From assembly GCF_009914755.1 (NCBI RefSeq), contig NC_060939.1: a DNA stretch of 64,000 nucleotides; one strand, 5' to 3'. Positions 26,613-41,245 of this stretch are shown here, piece by piece. Below the pieces are notes generated by a model. The model worked only from the letters and a program-made list of their open reading frames with translations. It did not search any database and was not told the DNA's origin. Each line of letters starts with the position of its first letter. Position 1 is the first letter of the stretch. This DNA is from the human T2T-CHM13v2.0 reference genome, Homo sapiens. Both the position numbers and the translations under genes were made by a program.

Positions 26613-29036
26613 TTTCTGAAAGTTTTCCAAAAGTATCTCCCTTCAATGAGGAGGGGTTAGTGTGCATCAGCTGAATGGTGCCCACAGTGATACAGGCTCA
26701 TGGTAGTTCTGGCAAATGTAGCTTCCTGCCAGTCTGCACCAAGCCGACTTGCATGGTCTACAACAGGCCTTGCAATCCACACTGTCTCTCCATTGCTGGC
26801 AGCTCACCGGCAGGAAAAAAAGGTGACAAAACGAGTTTACTTAACAGCCTTAAGCTGCCTTAAATGTGTGTCTTCAGCCCTACGGGACAAAATCACTCAA
26901 AAATTTGTGAAATTGTTCCATGAATTCATCAGATGTGTTATGTAGTATTTGAAATCAACTTAGGACAAGATCTAAGAGGCCAGAAAGGAGTACTTAAACA
27001 CGGAATTAAAGATGGCAGTGCTTTAGTTTTTCCATCTGGGGCACCAAACTCTAAATTGTGTACCCTAGTTCTGTGTTCTGAAATTATTTGCGTCAGAGGT
27101 CTAACTTGATGTTCAAGTGGTAGAGAAAAGAGGGAGAGGCTAAGGGAGCTGGAGACAGAAGTTGGGGCAGAAGGAAAGGGGTAATGAATGAATGATTCCA
27201 AAAACAGAATTCTCTATCAGTTAAATACAGATAAGAGGACTAAGAAACTAAAATGTTGAAACAAAAATTAAATTATAAAGAAAATAGTACATGCAGATGA
27301 TAACTTTACCTCCTCTAAAATTTCTTATTGTAGCTATTATTTTTCTTTTGTTTCTAGATACAAATGAAAAGCTTCATGTTTTATTTATAATGATGGTGCC
27401 TAAGAAAGACATTCAGAAATCAAAGATCAGAAGTGGGAAAAATAATTTAGATTTGAGGATTGGCAGAGTAAAGACTGCGTGTGTGTATGTGTGAGAAAGA
27501 GAAAGAGAGAGACTTTCACACATGTCAGATGTGTTTTACCATTGTAGTCTTTCTAGAGACAAACATCTGGTTTGCTCTAACTCCTTTTTCTGTGTCCTGT
27601 AACCTTCCTATCCATGTGCTTTTTCTCTTAGGACCACACTTAACCTGCTTAAATAGCTTTTAAGCCACTTTGGGAAGGAAAAAATAAAGAACCCAATACA
27701 CTTGACTGCAGAGTTAGAGAACTGCTCTCTTAAATCTAGCAGCCTTTTCTAATGATTTATATTATAACTCAGAGTGTGTCAGACCTTTGTACTAGAAGGG
27801 CATGTAAATTAGAAGACCATGTTTTCCCAGTGCAAAGATTATAATTACAAAAACAATTTCAGGGCAACATTTTGTTGTTTTAAATTGCTCTTCCAAGTCT
27901 CTGTTTACAGTATTTCTAAACATGACATTCTATACTGCATACCATGGTAGGCATAGTGAGCTCTGAGAATTTCAGAGCTCCAAAGAGGGACAGTCTAACC
28001 CAGAGGGAAATTCAGAGGAATCATGGGAATTGGCAGCCCCCTTGGGTATTTGGTTATTCCCATTTTACTCAGTCTTCCCTCTTTTGTTTTTTCTGTCTTA
28101 ATATTATTTTCCTTTTCTCCTCTTCTTACCCTTTTTTAAATATTCATTTGAGAGAGTCGGAGAAAAGAAAAGAGATGGCAAGAGACAAAATAAGCCTAAA
28201 TCCCTCAGGGAGGATAATCCTTAAAACAGAAGGAACAACAAATGGTAATAACTACTAGGTTTCTACCCCAGTTCTGAATGAGTAAGACAAGAGCTCTCCT
28301 GTCTCCAGAAAAGAACAGAATTCAACAATCTAGAGACTATGTGAAATATTCCACGAACACTTTAAAACATGAGAAGTGCCCCACAGTACACCTGGAGGCA
28401 CAAATGAGAGCACAGTTAAAGCTGGGAAAAATCAGAAGATTTTGAGTCTAGTGTTGAAGGATCTGTTCACCAGGGATTGTGCTGTGGGAAGATGAGGAGG
28501 AAGAGGAGGAGGAGGAATTTAAAACAGACCTATATAAATAGAGAAGAGAGAGCGAAAAAAAAAAAAATCCTTACAAAGGTGTGTGTCATAGGATGTGAGG
28601 GCTGGACCATGCCTTCATCCCTCTCATTTCACAGAAGGATAAAGAACAACTGAACAAAGTTTCCTATTGCAATTCAAATGCAGCTGTATAAGTAAGGCAT
28701 CAGTTTTTCAGGAAATTCTTCTGTCAAGGCTGTCCACACCTGCATTTATCCTTCCATCTGCCTGTCCATCCACCATTTCATCCATCTCTCCTAAAGGCCT
28801 CAGGATGTGTTAGAGGAGCCAACTCCTTGAACTCTCTGCCCAATACACATGTATAAAACAGACCCAAACCATTTAATTTTATTTTGTGCATAAATGAGAA
28901 TAGAACCAAATCTCAATTGTTTGTGATCATATAGGGGAATAGAGATATTGACTACCCCAAATGAGCAGATAATCTTCAATTCCTCTCTATTTGGATTGTG
29001 AACATGCATTAATGCTTACATAAAATGGGGCTGTGC

Positions 29037-29345
<309 letters not shown>

Positions 29346-29458
29346 CATGGGGCTGTGCATTATATATTGGCAAAATACTCCAAAACAAAACAAAACAAAA
29401 GAGAGCCACCCAGTAAAAGCAGTGTCTGGAGGAGCCTAAAATATGCTTAAATGTATAT

Positions 29459-29808
29459 GGTCCCACAATAGGTTGTCTGCAGGCTGAGGATCAAGGAGAG
29501 CCAGTCTGAGTTCCAAAACTGAAGAATTTGGAGTCTGATGTTCGAGGGCAGGAAACATCCAGCACGGGAGAATGGTGTAGGCTGGGGAGCTAGGCCAGTC
29601 TCTCTTTTCACATTCTTCTGCCTGCTTACATTCTAGCCGTGCTGGCAGCTGATTAGATTGTGCCCACCCACATTAAGGGTGGGTCTGCCTTTCCCAGCCC
29701 ACTGACTCAAATGTTAATCTCCTTTGGCAACACCCTCACAGACACACAAAGGATCAATACTTGCATCCTTCAATCCAACCAAGTTGACACTGAGTGTTAA
29801 CCATCACA
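29459..29808 (-). mobile_element. MLT2A1/A2 (HERV-L) LTR, 3'-truncated
   Basis: ggtcccacaatagg...gagttccaaaactgaagaa...cccactgactcaaatgttaatctcctttggcaacaccctcacagacac...ttaaccatcaca. Confidence 0.9.
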
Positions 29809-32347
29809 GCCATTTATTATGTTTACTTGGTAATATCAGAGACTGAAACATTTTCACTCTTTTAGCAATGACATCGGGTTGTCCAGCCAACACGGAGGTG
29901 ATTTTGGTGGGGAATTCTTATCACAATTATTCTTAATAGAAAGACATAACAATGTTTATTAATATATTTCAGATTTACCGAATGTATTTAAACATAGCTT
30001 TGAAAAAAATCTCCATATTTCCGTAGACTTCTGATAGTTTTAGAGAATCATTTTCTCAGAGCCCTAGAGTTTATTCTAGACCAGGGCTCTGAGTTTTTCC
30101 TAAGGCAGATGATGCTGTTCCCCAAACTCTTCATTTTCTTGTCCAAAGATTGTGTGGCTACCATATGTGAATGGTGGCCCCCTCAAGTCTTTGAATAAAA
30201 TGATGTTAGTGTCCCTGGATGGATAGTGGCTGCTTTCCTGCAGGGAATGATTACTATGACTTATGGAAGACCCGCTATGGATGTCATGATAACTACCATT
30301 TATTTATTGGCCTTTTTTGTTCATAATTTGTTCTTCTTTTCACAGCAACTTTGGTGCCTCCTTCCCAAGTTTATTTACAAAACATTTTTCTAAAGTAATA
30401 AAATGACTGCCTACAGTTTTAGCCTTAGACTGTAATTGCTTCCTAATGAAGATCCTCTTAAGCATGGGAGCTTATCATGGTCTTTTGGGGAAGAGGTAAA
30501 GGAATGAACTGTGATGGTAGAAAATATGATTCCTACTCCTTTACCCTCCAAAATCATCCTTAGTCGTGGTGAAAGGATCATCTTGATGCGTTCCACTTTC
30601 CTGGTTTCTGAAATGCATAGGCGACCACCTTGCTGTGATTTATTTCATGGGACAGAAGTAGTAATGTGCTAATGGGGCTGTGTCAGCACCAGTGTGCATG
30701 GAGATCTGGACATTATCAGTGCCAGCGGAAAGCTCTGGGGGGACTCAATGAGGCAGGGCCCTGAGTTGGGCATCATGGCTACAGCTGTTTCATGCACAGG
30801 AAGATTCAACTATTTTATGAGATTATTTTCAATTTTTAAACATGAATTCTGGGTGTCCATCTCTAGGGAATGGAGCCTCAATCCTTTGGTCCCCACTTTG
30901 CTGTGAACTGTGGGCCTTCCAGGGAGTCACAGAACAGAAGAGAAGGCTTTTCACACTCATACTGAGAATAGCTTTAGTTCTTCCTGACCATACTTGATCT
31001 GCTGTACTATCTTTTATGAAGTTGATCATGTCATGCCCTTAGGTATCTAGATGCAGGTATTCCCGCACAGGACTAGACATGTTTTAAGGGTGAGAACTAT
31101 GCCTTATAGTACCCAGCACAGTGATTTATATATGTCACTGTGTGTGTATATATTTCTGTGTATAGTGATACATATCACATATTTGACTGTATATGTACAT
31201 GTGTACATATTTATACATATGTGTATGTGTACATATGACACCCAGTTAGTACTTATTGAATTGGCTAGTCTTAATTAAATAATTGGTCTTAAATAATTAA
31301 TTTTTACTCTTTCTGTGCTTGTTTCCTTAACCATAATAATAATTTCATAGAGGTTGTTGTGAGGATTAATGACTTAATAAGTGTAAAACTCTTAGAAAAG
31401 TGCTTAGGATATACTGAGCTGTTGCTATTTGCCTGGGACATAGAAAGTGTGGGGCGACAGAGTAGGGATTCCTCTTTCTTCAGCTCTCTAGCAATGAAGC
31501 AGAATGCGTGTAAAAACTTAAGGTTCTGAGACCAAGATTCTACGAAATTAGAAGACATAGTTATGATAGATTTCAAGCACTGAAAGTTACCTTAAAATTC
31601 AGATACCAACTAAAATAATCTCTCCAGGGATTAATATCTACTAAGTTCACTGAAAGAACGAAAGTAGAAAAAAGAGAAAGCAAAAGAAAAAAAATGCTCC
31701 CAACATTTCTACCAGAAATGTGGTATTTCTGGTAGAATGGCTTTTCATTCAGAGATTATTTGTCAGAATTAGCTCCAATCTTACGGAAGGTGACTAGGAA
31801 TACTAAAAATTTAGCATAGTTTTGAGGGGATCAATTAGAGCTGGGGAAGGTGGGAAAAACTTTAAAGGAGATTCTAATGTGGTTGTGCTGAAAGATGGTA
31901 GGGCAATACTTGATTACATTCACTTCCACAGGCATTGCTTGGTGTGATTTTGGCCCCCCAAAAAGATTTCAGAAGTGCTTTGTGTTTTACGTAGGCCTTC
32001 AGGCTGAGAGTTTCTTTTTTCTTCTTTTTTTTTTCTAGCCTTCTACACAAGGACATAAATTTTCCAGAATGTTCATTCTGCCTGTAAAATAATGTGACAC
32101 AGTTAGCCATATCAGACAAGTGCATCCTGCCCATCAGTGAAGGGATTCTAAAACTTAATGAATCCTTAAGTCCACTAATGATGTTGGATGTTCCTGAGGC
32201 TATTATTCCAGATTGCTTCTGACATTTGTGTGTTCATATCAGAGTAAGTTTGTATCATTCTTCAGTTTCCCCCCAGTGAATGTTGAGCCTGCATAGCAGA
32301 TAAGCATAAGTCTATGAGAGCAACATGCTGACAGAACCCCTTAGACC

Positions 32348-32546
32348 CATGCTCTCCAATGCATTAACTGTTAGCCACAGTGTGACTTTTTACACTTAAA
32401 TTAATACAAGGTAGGTAAAATTTAAAATTCAGCTTCTGAGTCACACTGGCCACATTTCAAATGCTCAGTCACCACATGTGATTAATGGCTATCATACTGA
32501 ATAGCACAGATGTGGAACATACCACTATTGTAGAAGGACAGTGCTT
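32348..32546 (-). mobile_element. MER3 hAT-Charlie MITE
   Basis: aaaattcag...gtcacactggccacatttcaaatgctca...ccacatgtg. Confidence 0.75.
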
Positions 32547-35049
32547 CATGAGACTACAGGCATAAGGTGAGAAAATTGATCAGGGGCTAATAGAGAGCAA
32601 GGGTGTCCTGTTTCAGGAAAACTCAACCTGTGAACATGCAGATTTACACAAAGGAAAATTTAGGAGGTATCCATTCTCCTCATATGGCAATTCAAAAAAC
32701 ATTTTTATCCAACTACCTCCACTGATTAATTAAATATCCCTAATCATATTTAGAAAGCAGTCAGAAAAATAAAATGAATATGAAAGAAAGTAAACTAAAA
32801 TGTAAGGCTATTATCAAACACTAAATCACAGGAAACCATATACTGGGAAATTTTGTCAGAGGGATATAGTGGATATTTGAAACATATGTTTACATCTGTC
32901 TTTGAAACCAGCCAACCTGGATTTGGGTCCATCTTTGCCTCTTGGCTAATGGCCCCATGAACAGAAGCAGGCAGAACTCTGCAGGTTTGTCATGAGGATT
33001 TGTTGTGGAAGCATATGTGCATAGCAGCACATAGTAGGTAGTTTGTAACTACTAGGACTTCCCTTCTTCCTGTTTTCTTCCTCACCTTCTCCTTTGGGTG
33101 TTCTCTTCCTTCTTCCTTTCTTGCATCCTAGGAGCCCAGAGCCTGTCAGTTCCACACTCACCACTCTGCATTTTAGGGGTCCAGCTATGTGGAGAGAGAA
33201 ATCCCTCTCTTTTTCTGTGACAGCCCCCTGAACAGTCATCTCTGATAACGCCATGGTTTCATTCAGTCAAAATGGACATATCCCCTTGATAAGGGATACT
33301 ACCCATAAGGCCACTGATGGAGATATTTTGGACGAGTTTTATTATTCCCTGAGTCACATCAAAAGGGGGAAAATAGCATCAAACTAGAAATTAGGAGTTC
33401 TGGATATGTTTCAGCGCTGACAATGATTTCTACAAGTCCTATACTTCATGGGCTTCTATTCTTCATCTATAAAATGGAAAGGTTGGAGTAGAAAGTCTCT
33501 TACTGCCTCTTTCAGCTCAAATCTAAGTAAGAACTACTCACTGCCTCCCAGCTAGACTAGCAGCTCTGTGAGGGCAGGGACTTGGGCTGTCTGTCCCTGT
33601 TGCAGTCCCAATGTGCTAGCCCAGTGTCCGTCATTTATTCAATGCTCAGTGCGCATTTGAGGAACAGATGATGAGAGGAGCCCAATCTGCCTCCCTCGCA
33701 CATGCTCTGGTGGGGGCCCTGTGCCTCTATTGCAGACTACCTTCACTCCACTCAGCCTCTCCCCACCCCTCCACTCTCTCCAGCATTATGGCTGCTGTTC
33801 TCTTTATTTGTAAAAAGTTGCAGCAGCTCCACTGTGTTACTCTACCATTTCTGATTTCTCTGTAAAGCTGGGGCTGAGAAACAAACTGTACTGTGTAATT
33901 ATCCTTGCAACACTCTCTTCGAAGAATTCCAATTTAATAGAATTACCAAGATTTAAAAACATTAAAACAAAAATGAGCTTGTTAGAGTAAATTAGACTTC
34001 ATAAATGTGTTCTCCGTTTATTACAAAACATTGATTTCTGTGGTCACCTTCTCTAAATTATTGAAAGTTGAGTAGACTGCCTTAATTGGCAAGGAGAAAT
34101 GTCACCAGCCAACTCTCATAGAAGTTGGGGGTTGGGGGCATGCATGGGATGGAGACACAAAGAAAGGGGAAGGAAGGACAGGGCCCAGCTGGCTACATAG
34201 TCAAGTGGAAATCATTATGGGGAAACAACTCACGGCTGCCTTGGTGAAGCTCTGTGAGAATAGCAATACTAGTCTGGGAAAGGAGTGGATAAATAGTATG
34301 CTAATGGCGTGCAGTATAAATATAGAGCCTCCTGATTCCATAGCAAGAATGGAGATGCTTGTTTCCTAGGCAGGAAAATCTTTTTTCATGATACTGGAAC
34401 CTGGCCTAACACAGATTAACCAGCAGAGGTGCCCCGGGTTCTCCGTTCTGCTCCTGACCAGGATGACTTTAAACTCTGGCCTCTCCGTGTCCCCATCTCA
34501 CACGGGCACTGATGCCTGCTGACTACACCTCCCCCCAGGCCTCTTATGTGAGCTTGCCAGCCCCAAAGAAATCTACTCTAGTCTCTGAGCTTCTTGGAGA
34601 TCATAGTAATCAGTGGGAAGAGAGCAGAGTGCCCTCTCTGGAGCCTCCTAACCACCGGTTTGGAGAGGAGAGCAGTGGCTGTGGCCAGCCATAATGAAGC
34701 CCCCACAGTGGCTGGCCTGAGGAAGAGGGGGAGGAGGCAGCTGCAAGCCTCTGAGCTTCACTGCCAGTACTCCATCATTTTCTTGTTACTGAAGGACTGG
34801 CAGATTGAGAGGCTGAGTTTGTCGAATTATAGAGAGTGTGAGCTTCCAAAGGCAACAGTGTCATGCTGCTCATTTGCTGTTGGGGAAAAGTATAAACTCT
34901 TCCATGCTAATGACTATATTGTGAAGCCTCCAAACTAGTCTGACTTTTTTAGCAAACCTTCCCAACACTGCTGCCCTTTATAGCTGGTCAAGTTTAATTA
35001 GAAAGAAAAAGTCTCCAAATAATAATAATAATATAATAATAATTTTAAT

Positions 35050-35265
35050 AGTATTCACTTACTATATTCCAGAAACTGTTCTATGAAGTTGTACTGTAAC
35101 TCAGCTTATCCTTATGAACACTTTAGGAGATAGATAATATTATTCTCTTTTACAAATGAAGATCTGAGGCATAAAGAGGTAACCTATCCAGGGTCACAGA
35201 GTTAGTCAGTGGTGGATTCTGAAATTCAAAACCAAGTTATTTGGCTTCAGAGACTGGACTCCAAG
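35050..35265 (-). mobile_element. MIR
   Basis: ttttacaaatgaagatctgaggcataaagaggtaac...ggtcacag. Confidence 0.75.
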
Positions 35266-35379
35266 CCCCTATGTTAAGAACACAATCCTAAAATTGAATA
35301 ACCATGAAACACTTATTATGAGCCTAACACAAAGCAGACCTTAGGTGTGGCGGGGTCTATGAATTTGAGTTCAGCTTCT

Positions 35380-35513
35380 AAGGTAAATTACATGTGGGGT
35401 GGCTTTTTCCGAACTTTTGAAGAATTTCAAGATGGTAATATTAATCTTTAGAGAGTTAAACCGGGCATGGGACCCTTCTCCGCACAGGTGACAGGCCAGT
35501 GAAGCTGTCCCTG
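35380..35513 (-). mobile_element. MER45-type hAT fragment
   Basis: aagaatttcaagatgg...ttaaacc...cccttct...gcacaggt...tgaagctgtccctg. Confidence 0.6.
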
Positions 35514-35713
35514 TTCTCAACTCCCAGAAAAACAAAACAAAACATGACCTAGAATACAAAGCAAGTAGAATATTTGTAAAAAGAAAGTGGAATGAAAGTG
35601 CTGACCAGGGGGCGATTTCATCACTGTGCCAGTGACAAGGGCAAGGTAAAATCTGTGATACAGACAGCATACAGTCAGGAAAGTGAAGGTCATGGCCACC
35701 ACAGGAAGGAAGT

Positions 35714-36079
35714 TGTATTCGTTTAGTTTCATACTGCTATAAAGAAATACCCAAGACTGGGTAATTTATACAGGAAAGAGGTTTAATTAACTTCCAGTTC
35801 TGCATGGCTTGGGAGGCCTCAGGAAACTTACTTATAATCATGGCGGAAGGCGAAGGGGAAGCAGGCACGTTCTTTACAAGGTGGCAAGAGAGAGAGAAAT
35901 GCAAGCAGGGGAAATGCCAGACGCTTATAAAACCATCAGCTCTCCTGAGAACTCCCTCACTATCAGGAGAACAGTGTGGGGGAAACCACTCCCATAATCC
36001 AGTCTCCTCCCTCCCTCGACACATGAAGATTACAATTTGAGATGAGATTTGGGTGGGGACACAGAGCCAAACCGTATCA
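35714..36079 (-). mobile_element. Solo MaLR LTR (THE1D/MSTA)
   Basis: tgtatt...ctgctataaagaaataccc...gagatttgggtggggacacagagccaaaccgtatca; TSD gaagt/gaagc. Confidence 0.92.
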
Positions 36080-37549
36080 GAAGCTGACTAAATTAAGACA
36101 TTGACTTTTGGGTTAAGAGTCAGGTTCAGCTGAGCCAGGCAAGACAGTGCATGTTCATCGTGTTAATCCTAGCATCACTCAGTTAGACTTGCTCCGAAAC
36201 AAAACTTCTTTAAGAAGTCCTGGTAGGAGGTTGTGGAACTATTTTCTTGCCTTTGAAGCTGCAGGTCAGAACCACCTGTGACTGAATGCATGAGCAGCAG
36301 GAGCTCAGCTGGATTATATTATCGCAGCTTCAAAATGACCAAGGCCTACATGACTGTCTCATAATCAGTCACTCGAAAGATGCCAGAGACCATAGAAGAA
36401 AAGGTCTAAAGGGAATTTTTAGTTCAAATAGGCTAGCTCCAGGGACCTGCTCAGGGTCAACATGCAAGATGCTGGAGAAGCAGCAGCATAATTACCATTA
36501 TTTATAGCTGTGCGCTGCAAATGTGGAATTTCGTACAGTAGCTGTGATTTGTTTTCTATGTAACCAACATAGAATGCAACATAGAATCCAGTTCCCTAAA
36601 ATACATCGCTTAACACTGTGAGTAGAGGAGGCAGCCAACCATCCCATCACTCCACGGCCTCTTTCCAGTGCCCCTCCCCCAATGCTTTCTCATCTTAAGC
36701 CTCACACGTACTTCCTATCCCCTCCCCTCGTCCCCCTACTGCCACCCTCCTCCCCATCCCCCAACCCAGATTCAGGACACAAATGATTCCAGCCATCTCA
36801 GAACACTCTTGCTGTGGTCTGTGTGCTCTGAGCTGTATCTCAATAGGATCTGGGCACATCTGGCTGCACAGTAGGAGTATTGCACTCCAAAGTGCAAAAA
36901 TAAAACCACAAAAGATCAAAAGAAAAGCATGGTAGGCAAGAAATTACCCTTATCTTTATCTCCACAGCATCCATCAAGTACAAGCATCTGAGAGATGGCA
37001 GGCAGCAAGATAACAAAAGGGAAGTTGGGAGGAAATTAAAAGCAGCTTCCAATCATTAGCCCTTCAGCTGGCCTGGAAGGGCCTAAAAGGCTCCGAGAGG
37101 ATATCCCACAGACAGAACCTTCATTAGGAATGGACCTGAGCAAAAGAGACGACCTGCTGATCATCAGGCCTTAAGATGACAGCCTGGCGAGGCAAGGTTA
37201 AAACTGGAAAGCCAATTTTATTTATGCTTTGCACACAGTTTGGATTGTTTTCTCCCTTGCTTAGCATATGCACTTTTGCCTCTTCCTGGGGTTTGAAGTT
37301 TTGCTTGATGAAGTGTGAATAATCTTCATGTCCCTGCCCTACAACAGTGCCCAGGGACTCCCGCAGGTGGATCACCCCCACTGCAGCCCAAAGAACTCCT
37401 CTGTGGTGATTAGAAGGGCTGTGAATATCTCTTTCCCAGATAGAAATTTGTTTCTAAATCAGCGTCTAATCTCTTGACTGGGTCAATTTTCCATATATTT
37501 ATGATGAAACTAGTCTGCTGATGCCTGAGCCATGTTAGACACAGTATTA

Positions 37550-37954
<405 letters not shown>

Positions 37955-38219
37955 CTACCACGTTTTTTTCCAGAGCATATTACATTTAGGCGATGTTTGA
38001 CGATGACCTGGGTCAGTTATGAACTGACCTCCTTTTTTACAGGGTCAATGTTTTATTCAAACTGGGACAAAACTGATCACAAATGATAAAGATTCGGACT
38101 CAAATTCAAAATTGTGTCACTCTGATCTGTTATTTATACATAGTACATGCCCTGTGCCACAGCTCTTAGTCTATTTGTATCATATGCGTCCCTATTGGTA
38201 AATATCTTATTGTTGATAC

Positions 38220-38347
38220 CAGGCTGTTGTGTTTGGATACAGAGAGTGCACTGTGACTTCAGGGGAGCCATTCATATTGTATTATTAAGGGTGGCACCTT
38301 CTGGAGTTGTACAGTGTGAACCTGCAAAGCCACGTGTGGCAGCTCTG
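38220..38347. mobile_element. MER91C-like palindromic MITE
   Basis: gtgcactg...caggggagccattcat...ggcaccttctggagttgtacagtg...gtggcagctctg. Confidence 0.6.
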
Positions 38348-38399
38348 GGTATGTCTGTTCTTCAGGGACAAAGGTGGTAATCTGTTCAGTAACACATAG

Positions 38400-38830
38400 T
38401 AAGAGTTCGGAGATGAGGATATAGTCCCTGCCTGTTAAAAAGTACTCTGTGTCAAAGGGAAATAAATAAAGACAGGAAAATTACACTGCAGGCCCTAAGA
38501 CTATATTTGAGGTATGCATAGAGTACAGTTGGGAAACAGAGAAGAGAACTATTAACTTGCTTGAAAGAATCAAGGGAGACTTCATAGAGGAGATGACATT
38601 AGACCTTGGTCTTGAGGGATGAGTTGATATTACATGGAGTGAATGAAGAATTTCAGGAAGAGGAATGTTTGTGTAAAAAGACGTAAGTTTATAAAGAGCA
38701 CAGCTTATGGAGGGCAGAGATTCCTCAGCGCTAAAAGCAATGGGGACAGTGAGTATAGGCAAGAAAGCGTGTAAGGAAAGATAGAGTTAGAAAGGTAGGG
38801 TAGGGCCAGATCACATAGAATCCTTGTTAA
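38400..38830 (-). mobile_element. L2 fragment
   Basis: atagtccctgcc...gacttcatagaggagatgacatt...ggtcttgaggga...gggccagatca. Confidence 0.7.
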
Positions 38831-39648
38831 ACTCTTTGGAGGCTAAGGGAAAATTTATCAAGAAATGGATTCAGTACTGACTGCTTAGCCAGGTGGGCTC
38901 TAGTCAGAAAAATGACAGCCAATAAGGCTCTGTCTTGCTTGTGGTGGCAGCAAAATAGTGTTTCAGAGCATGGACTCTAGAATGGGCATGCATGACTCAT
39001 CTCTTAAGGTTATTTAGCCTCTGTTTACATCTGTTTCATCAGCTCTTTAACGGAATTAATAATAGCATCTGCCTCATAGAGTTGGGGTGAGTTTGACATG
39101 AGACAGTGTTTGCTATAATTCACCTGCCAGAGTGTCTGCTACTTAGTAATTGCACAATAACTGTTGGTGGATCTTCCTACGCTTCTGCTTCTTCCCTTTC
39201 CCTGACTGTCCTCCTTCCCCCTCTTCTTCAAATTACTATTATTATTGCAAATTTCACAAAGCCTACAGTCCAGATTTCTCCATAATCCTACTCTGAATAG
39301 ATTATTAATAACTAGTCTGCATTTGCTAGACAGCAACCCTCAGGTCATTTAGAGACCTACTTGGTACTGGCAACACTGAAATCAGAAGATAATCAGCAAA
39401 TCCTAAGTATTTTGTCTTCTCACATCAATTAACCACATTTTTTAAAGTTCTACTGCCTTCTTGTATACTCAGCTATGGGGCATTTAATTTCTGGTTTCTG
39501 TTCATTGCTTTATTATAATTTTATTTTTTCCTAAACTATAGCTTAAAGTTGCCTTAAGCTATTTTGAAGGGAAATGGTGGAAAGGAAAACTGTTATTCTG
39601 TGATTTTGCCATTATGAGTATTCTCCCCTTCCCCTAAACACGCACGCT

Positions 39649-39660
39649 CACACGCGCGCG

Positions 39661-39691
<31 letters not shown>

Positions 39692-39719
39692 AAAGAGAGA
39701 GAGAGAAAGAGAGAGAGAG
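39649..39719. repeat. (CG)8(CA)12 followed by (GA)n
   Basis: Directly visible; (CG)8 at 39653-39668. Confidence 0.95.
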
Positions 39720-40283
39720 TTTAATACAATTGGCTTCATTATTAAATAATACTGCAATCTGTATTTAAGTTGACAACATAGGCATCTCTTTAACATCTTA
39801 ATTAAAGAATGTTGGAGCGATGCTTTCTGCTTTTTTGATGACAAGTCTTGGCTCATAGTCAAAAATTCCAGTTTAGCTTTGACAAGATGAGGACACTTCT
39901 GGGAGACCAAGGGCCCCCTGTGGCTTAATGCTCCTTTTTTTTTTTCAGAAGAACATTTGGTGTGTGACTTGAACATAATGTTTGAGTCCAACATAAAATA
40001 GTAGAAGAACAAGCCTTTTATTAGCCTTTCTGATCTCTTTCCAAAGGTGCACTCAGCATTTCATCTTTGTATTTAGCTACCAGTATGCAACACTGAAGCC
40101 ATTGCAATAGTCATCTCTAAGACATGAAATACCAGCAGCGCTGTGCCAGGCTCCCCAGCTTTGGCAAGCCCCAAGCCTCTGCCCATGCAGTGATTCAGGG
40201 AGGCAGCTGGATGAGATGAAGGCAGCTCCATCAGCCGGTGGTCAGAAAGCCTTGAGTCTCATAGCCATAAAAGCATGCCATAA

Positions 40284-40646
<363 letters not shown>

Positions 40647-40999
40647 TAATACTAATCCTTGTATTATATTCCCAGACCCTACAATTTCCATTTTTACAAA
40701 TACATAACTGAAAGCTCAAAGTCTGTACCAGAGTAACAGCAAGAATTGGAGAGTCATCTGATCAAAAGTGTCTGACTTTCTTCTACTTCCTAGCGTTGAA
40801 CATTTCCTCAGATTTCCCCTGGAGAGAGATGCAGTCGTCCTTAGAGATGCTTCTTGATCCCTTTAGAACCTCAAGGATCACACCAAACATCCCTAATAAT
40901 CTGTGGGTTCTTGGATGGAGAGCTACACTGTTACTTTAATCTACAAGTAACTTGAAGGAAACACATTGTGGGCCAGTGTCATAATGTGGAGCAAAATAA

Positions 41000-41245
41000 G
41001 CCAGATAACTACCTATGGTTCCATGTATAAAAGTTAAAACAGGCAAAACAGTTGCTGGTGTTAGATATCAAGATAGTGGTTACTGTCAGAGGGTAGGGAA
41101 ATGAAAGGGCATTTAAGTGGCTTCTGGAGTGCTGGTCATAATCTAGAACTGGTGACATGGGACTGTTCTGTTTGTGAATATAAATTGAAAGATGTGCCTA
41201 TGATTTCTGCACTTTTCTGTATGTGTGTTATAATTCAGTAAAAAC
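41000..41245 (+). mobile_element. Old L1M 3' fragment
   Basis: aaaacaggcaaaac...tggtgttaga...agatagtggttac...gcacttttctgtatgtgtgttata. Confidence 0.7.

Noticed and set aside
35599-35617. CTCF-like TGCTGACCAGGGGGCGATT
   Set aside because: It lacks the conserved CC at motif positions 4-5; similar near-misses at about 34420 and 56509 were also not called
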